Assembly: GCA_016288175.1 (NCBI GenBank)
Contig: JAEEYN010000152.1
Span: 1 to 47,043, forward strand
Length of the DNA: 47,043 nt
Origin: Bacillota bacterium
GTDB lineage: Bacteria; Bacillota; Clostridia; Christensenellales; CAG-138
Direction of reading: 5' to 3'
Shown here: one piece after another, positions 46,320 through 47,043 of the stretch
Layout: every line of letters starts with the position of its first letter
Position numbering within the stretch: the first letter of the stretch is position 1
The notes under the pieces: generated by a model
What the model saw: only the letters and a program-made list of their open reading frames with translations
Told to the model about the DNA's origin: nothing
The model's database searches: none
Made by a program: the position numbers and the translations under genes

Positions 46320-47043
46320 ATGGAGCGAAATGATTTCGTTTTCAACGGAGTCAACGGCTCGTGCAGCGTGCTGGTCGCAGGCCGTTTCTCCGAACTCGCG
46401 CCTTTTGTCCGCGAAGCGATCCGCGGCCGCAAAGCGCTTATACTGACGGATGAAACGGTTTCGGGCATCATTCTCGGCTCCGTCACCGAAGCCGTCAGCG
46501 ATCCCTCGGCAGAGCTTTTCTCCTTCGTTATCCGTTCCGGTGAAAAAAGCAAAAGCTTTGAAGATCTCGGCTCGATCCTGACCTGCATGGTCGAACGCTC
46601 ATTCGGCCGCGGAGACGTGATCATCAACCTCGGCGGAGGAATGGTCGGCGATATCGGCGGTCTTGCCGCTTCCGTCTATATGCGTGGGATCGATTACATC
46701 AATATTCCGACAACTCTGCTCAGCATGGTCGACAGTTCCATCGGAGGAAAAACGGGAATCGATTTCGCCGGGATCAAAAACGTTATCGGCACCTTCCGCC
46801 ATCCGAAACTCGTTGCGGACGCAACGGAGTTCCTTTCCTCGCTTTCCGAGCGCGATATCCGCTCCGGTTTCGGCGAGATAGTAAAATACCGTCTTCTAAC
46901 AGGCATGGATATCCCCGAAGGATTCGAATCAGGCAGCGCGGAAAAGCTTATCGCGAACTGTGCCGCCGCAAAATGGTCCTTCGTTATTGGCGACGAATTC
47001 GACAACGGCAAGCGCAAATTTCTGAATCTCGGCCACACCTTCG
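46320..47043 (+). CDS. aroB: 3-dehydroquinate synthase, 5' part (runs off the window)
   Basis: Not in the ORF track because it has no stop. My own translation gives MERNDFVFNG...INLGGGMVGDIGGLAASVYMRGIDYINIPTTLLSMVDSSIGGKTGIDF...FLNLGHTF, which is the AroB NAD/Zn-site pattern. GGAAGGAGG RBS. Confidence 0.88.
   Translation, partial: MERNDFVFNGVNGSCSVLVAGRFSELAPFVREAIRGRKALILTDETVSGIILGSVTEAVSDPSAELFSFVIRSGEKSKSFEDLGSILTCMVERSFGRGDVIINLGGGMVGDIGGLAASVYMRGIDYINIPTTLLSMVDSSIGGKTGIDFAGIKNVIGTFRHPKLVADATEFLSSLSERDIRSGFGEIVKYRLLTGMDIPEGFESGSAEKLIANCAAAKWSFVIGDEFDNGKRKFLNLGHTF

Noticed and set aside
46135-46320. An N-terminal extension of the spoIIAA ORF (166 aa in the track) and a sigma-H promoter call in it.
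   Set aside because: SpoIIAA proteins are about 105-120 aa, and a TTG at 46134 with an AAAGGAGA RBS fits that size. Candidate sigma-H elements (GCAGGAGAC ... GGAGTATTC) have mismatches in the GAAT core, so I do not call a promoter.

Overview
The window looks like a core-chromosome segment of an endospore-lineage Firmicute (Clostridia-like, moderately GC-rich). This is inferred from gene content and order: pcrA-ligA, miaB-mutS-mutL-miaA, zapA/mutS2, and spoIIAA-spoIIAB-sigF-spoVAC. About 95% of it is coding, and I count 39 supportable CDSs. They include tdh-kbl, trpS, an iorA-iorB-patB-like-pcrA-ligA-PurM-like gene string, uvrBA, rnhA, a Xer-type tyrosine recombinase, the miaB-mutS-mutL-miaA-ynbB-like operon, an OmpR/HK/HtrA module, DUF523, mutS2, a U32 peptidase, zapA, degV, rsmA, an RsfA-like regulator, a sporulation locus and the 5' part of aroB. 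I saw no rRNA, tRNA, CRISPR array, IS element or long non-coding region. The largest intergenic gaps are about 260 nt. The most unusual region is 28779-32338 (minus strand), a tightly coupled three-gene module wedged between htrA and the miaB promoter. Each of its three products is a full-length homologue of a well-known family that appears to have lost the canonical catalytic or phospho-acceptor residues. They are a Spo0A-like protein with a pseudo-receiver, an SsnA-like amidohydrolase without metal ligands, and a large-serine-recombinase-like protein without the Ser/Arg active site or zinc ribbon. The sporulation locus is also atypical: the sigma factor in the sigF position lacks region 3, and spoVAC stands alone without spoVAD/spoVAE. 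Other points are a duplicated Cys4-module acidic protein at the tail of the mutSL-miaA operon, a probable leaderless rsmA, and a perfect 14-bp inverted repeat over the Xer promoter. All functional calls come from reading motifs in the supplied translations and from recalled family signatures. No database search was run.
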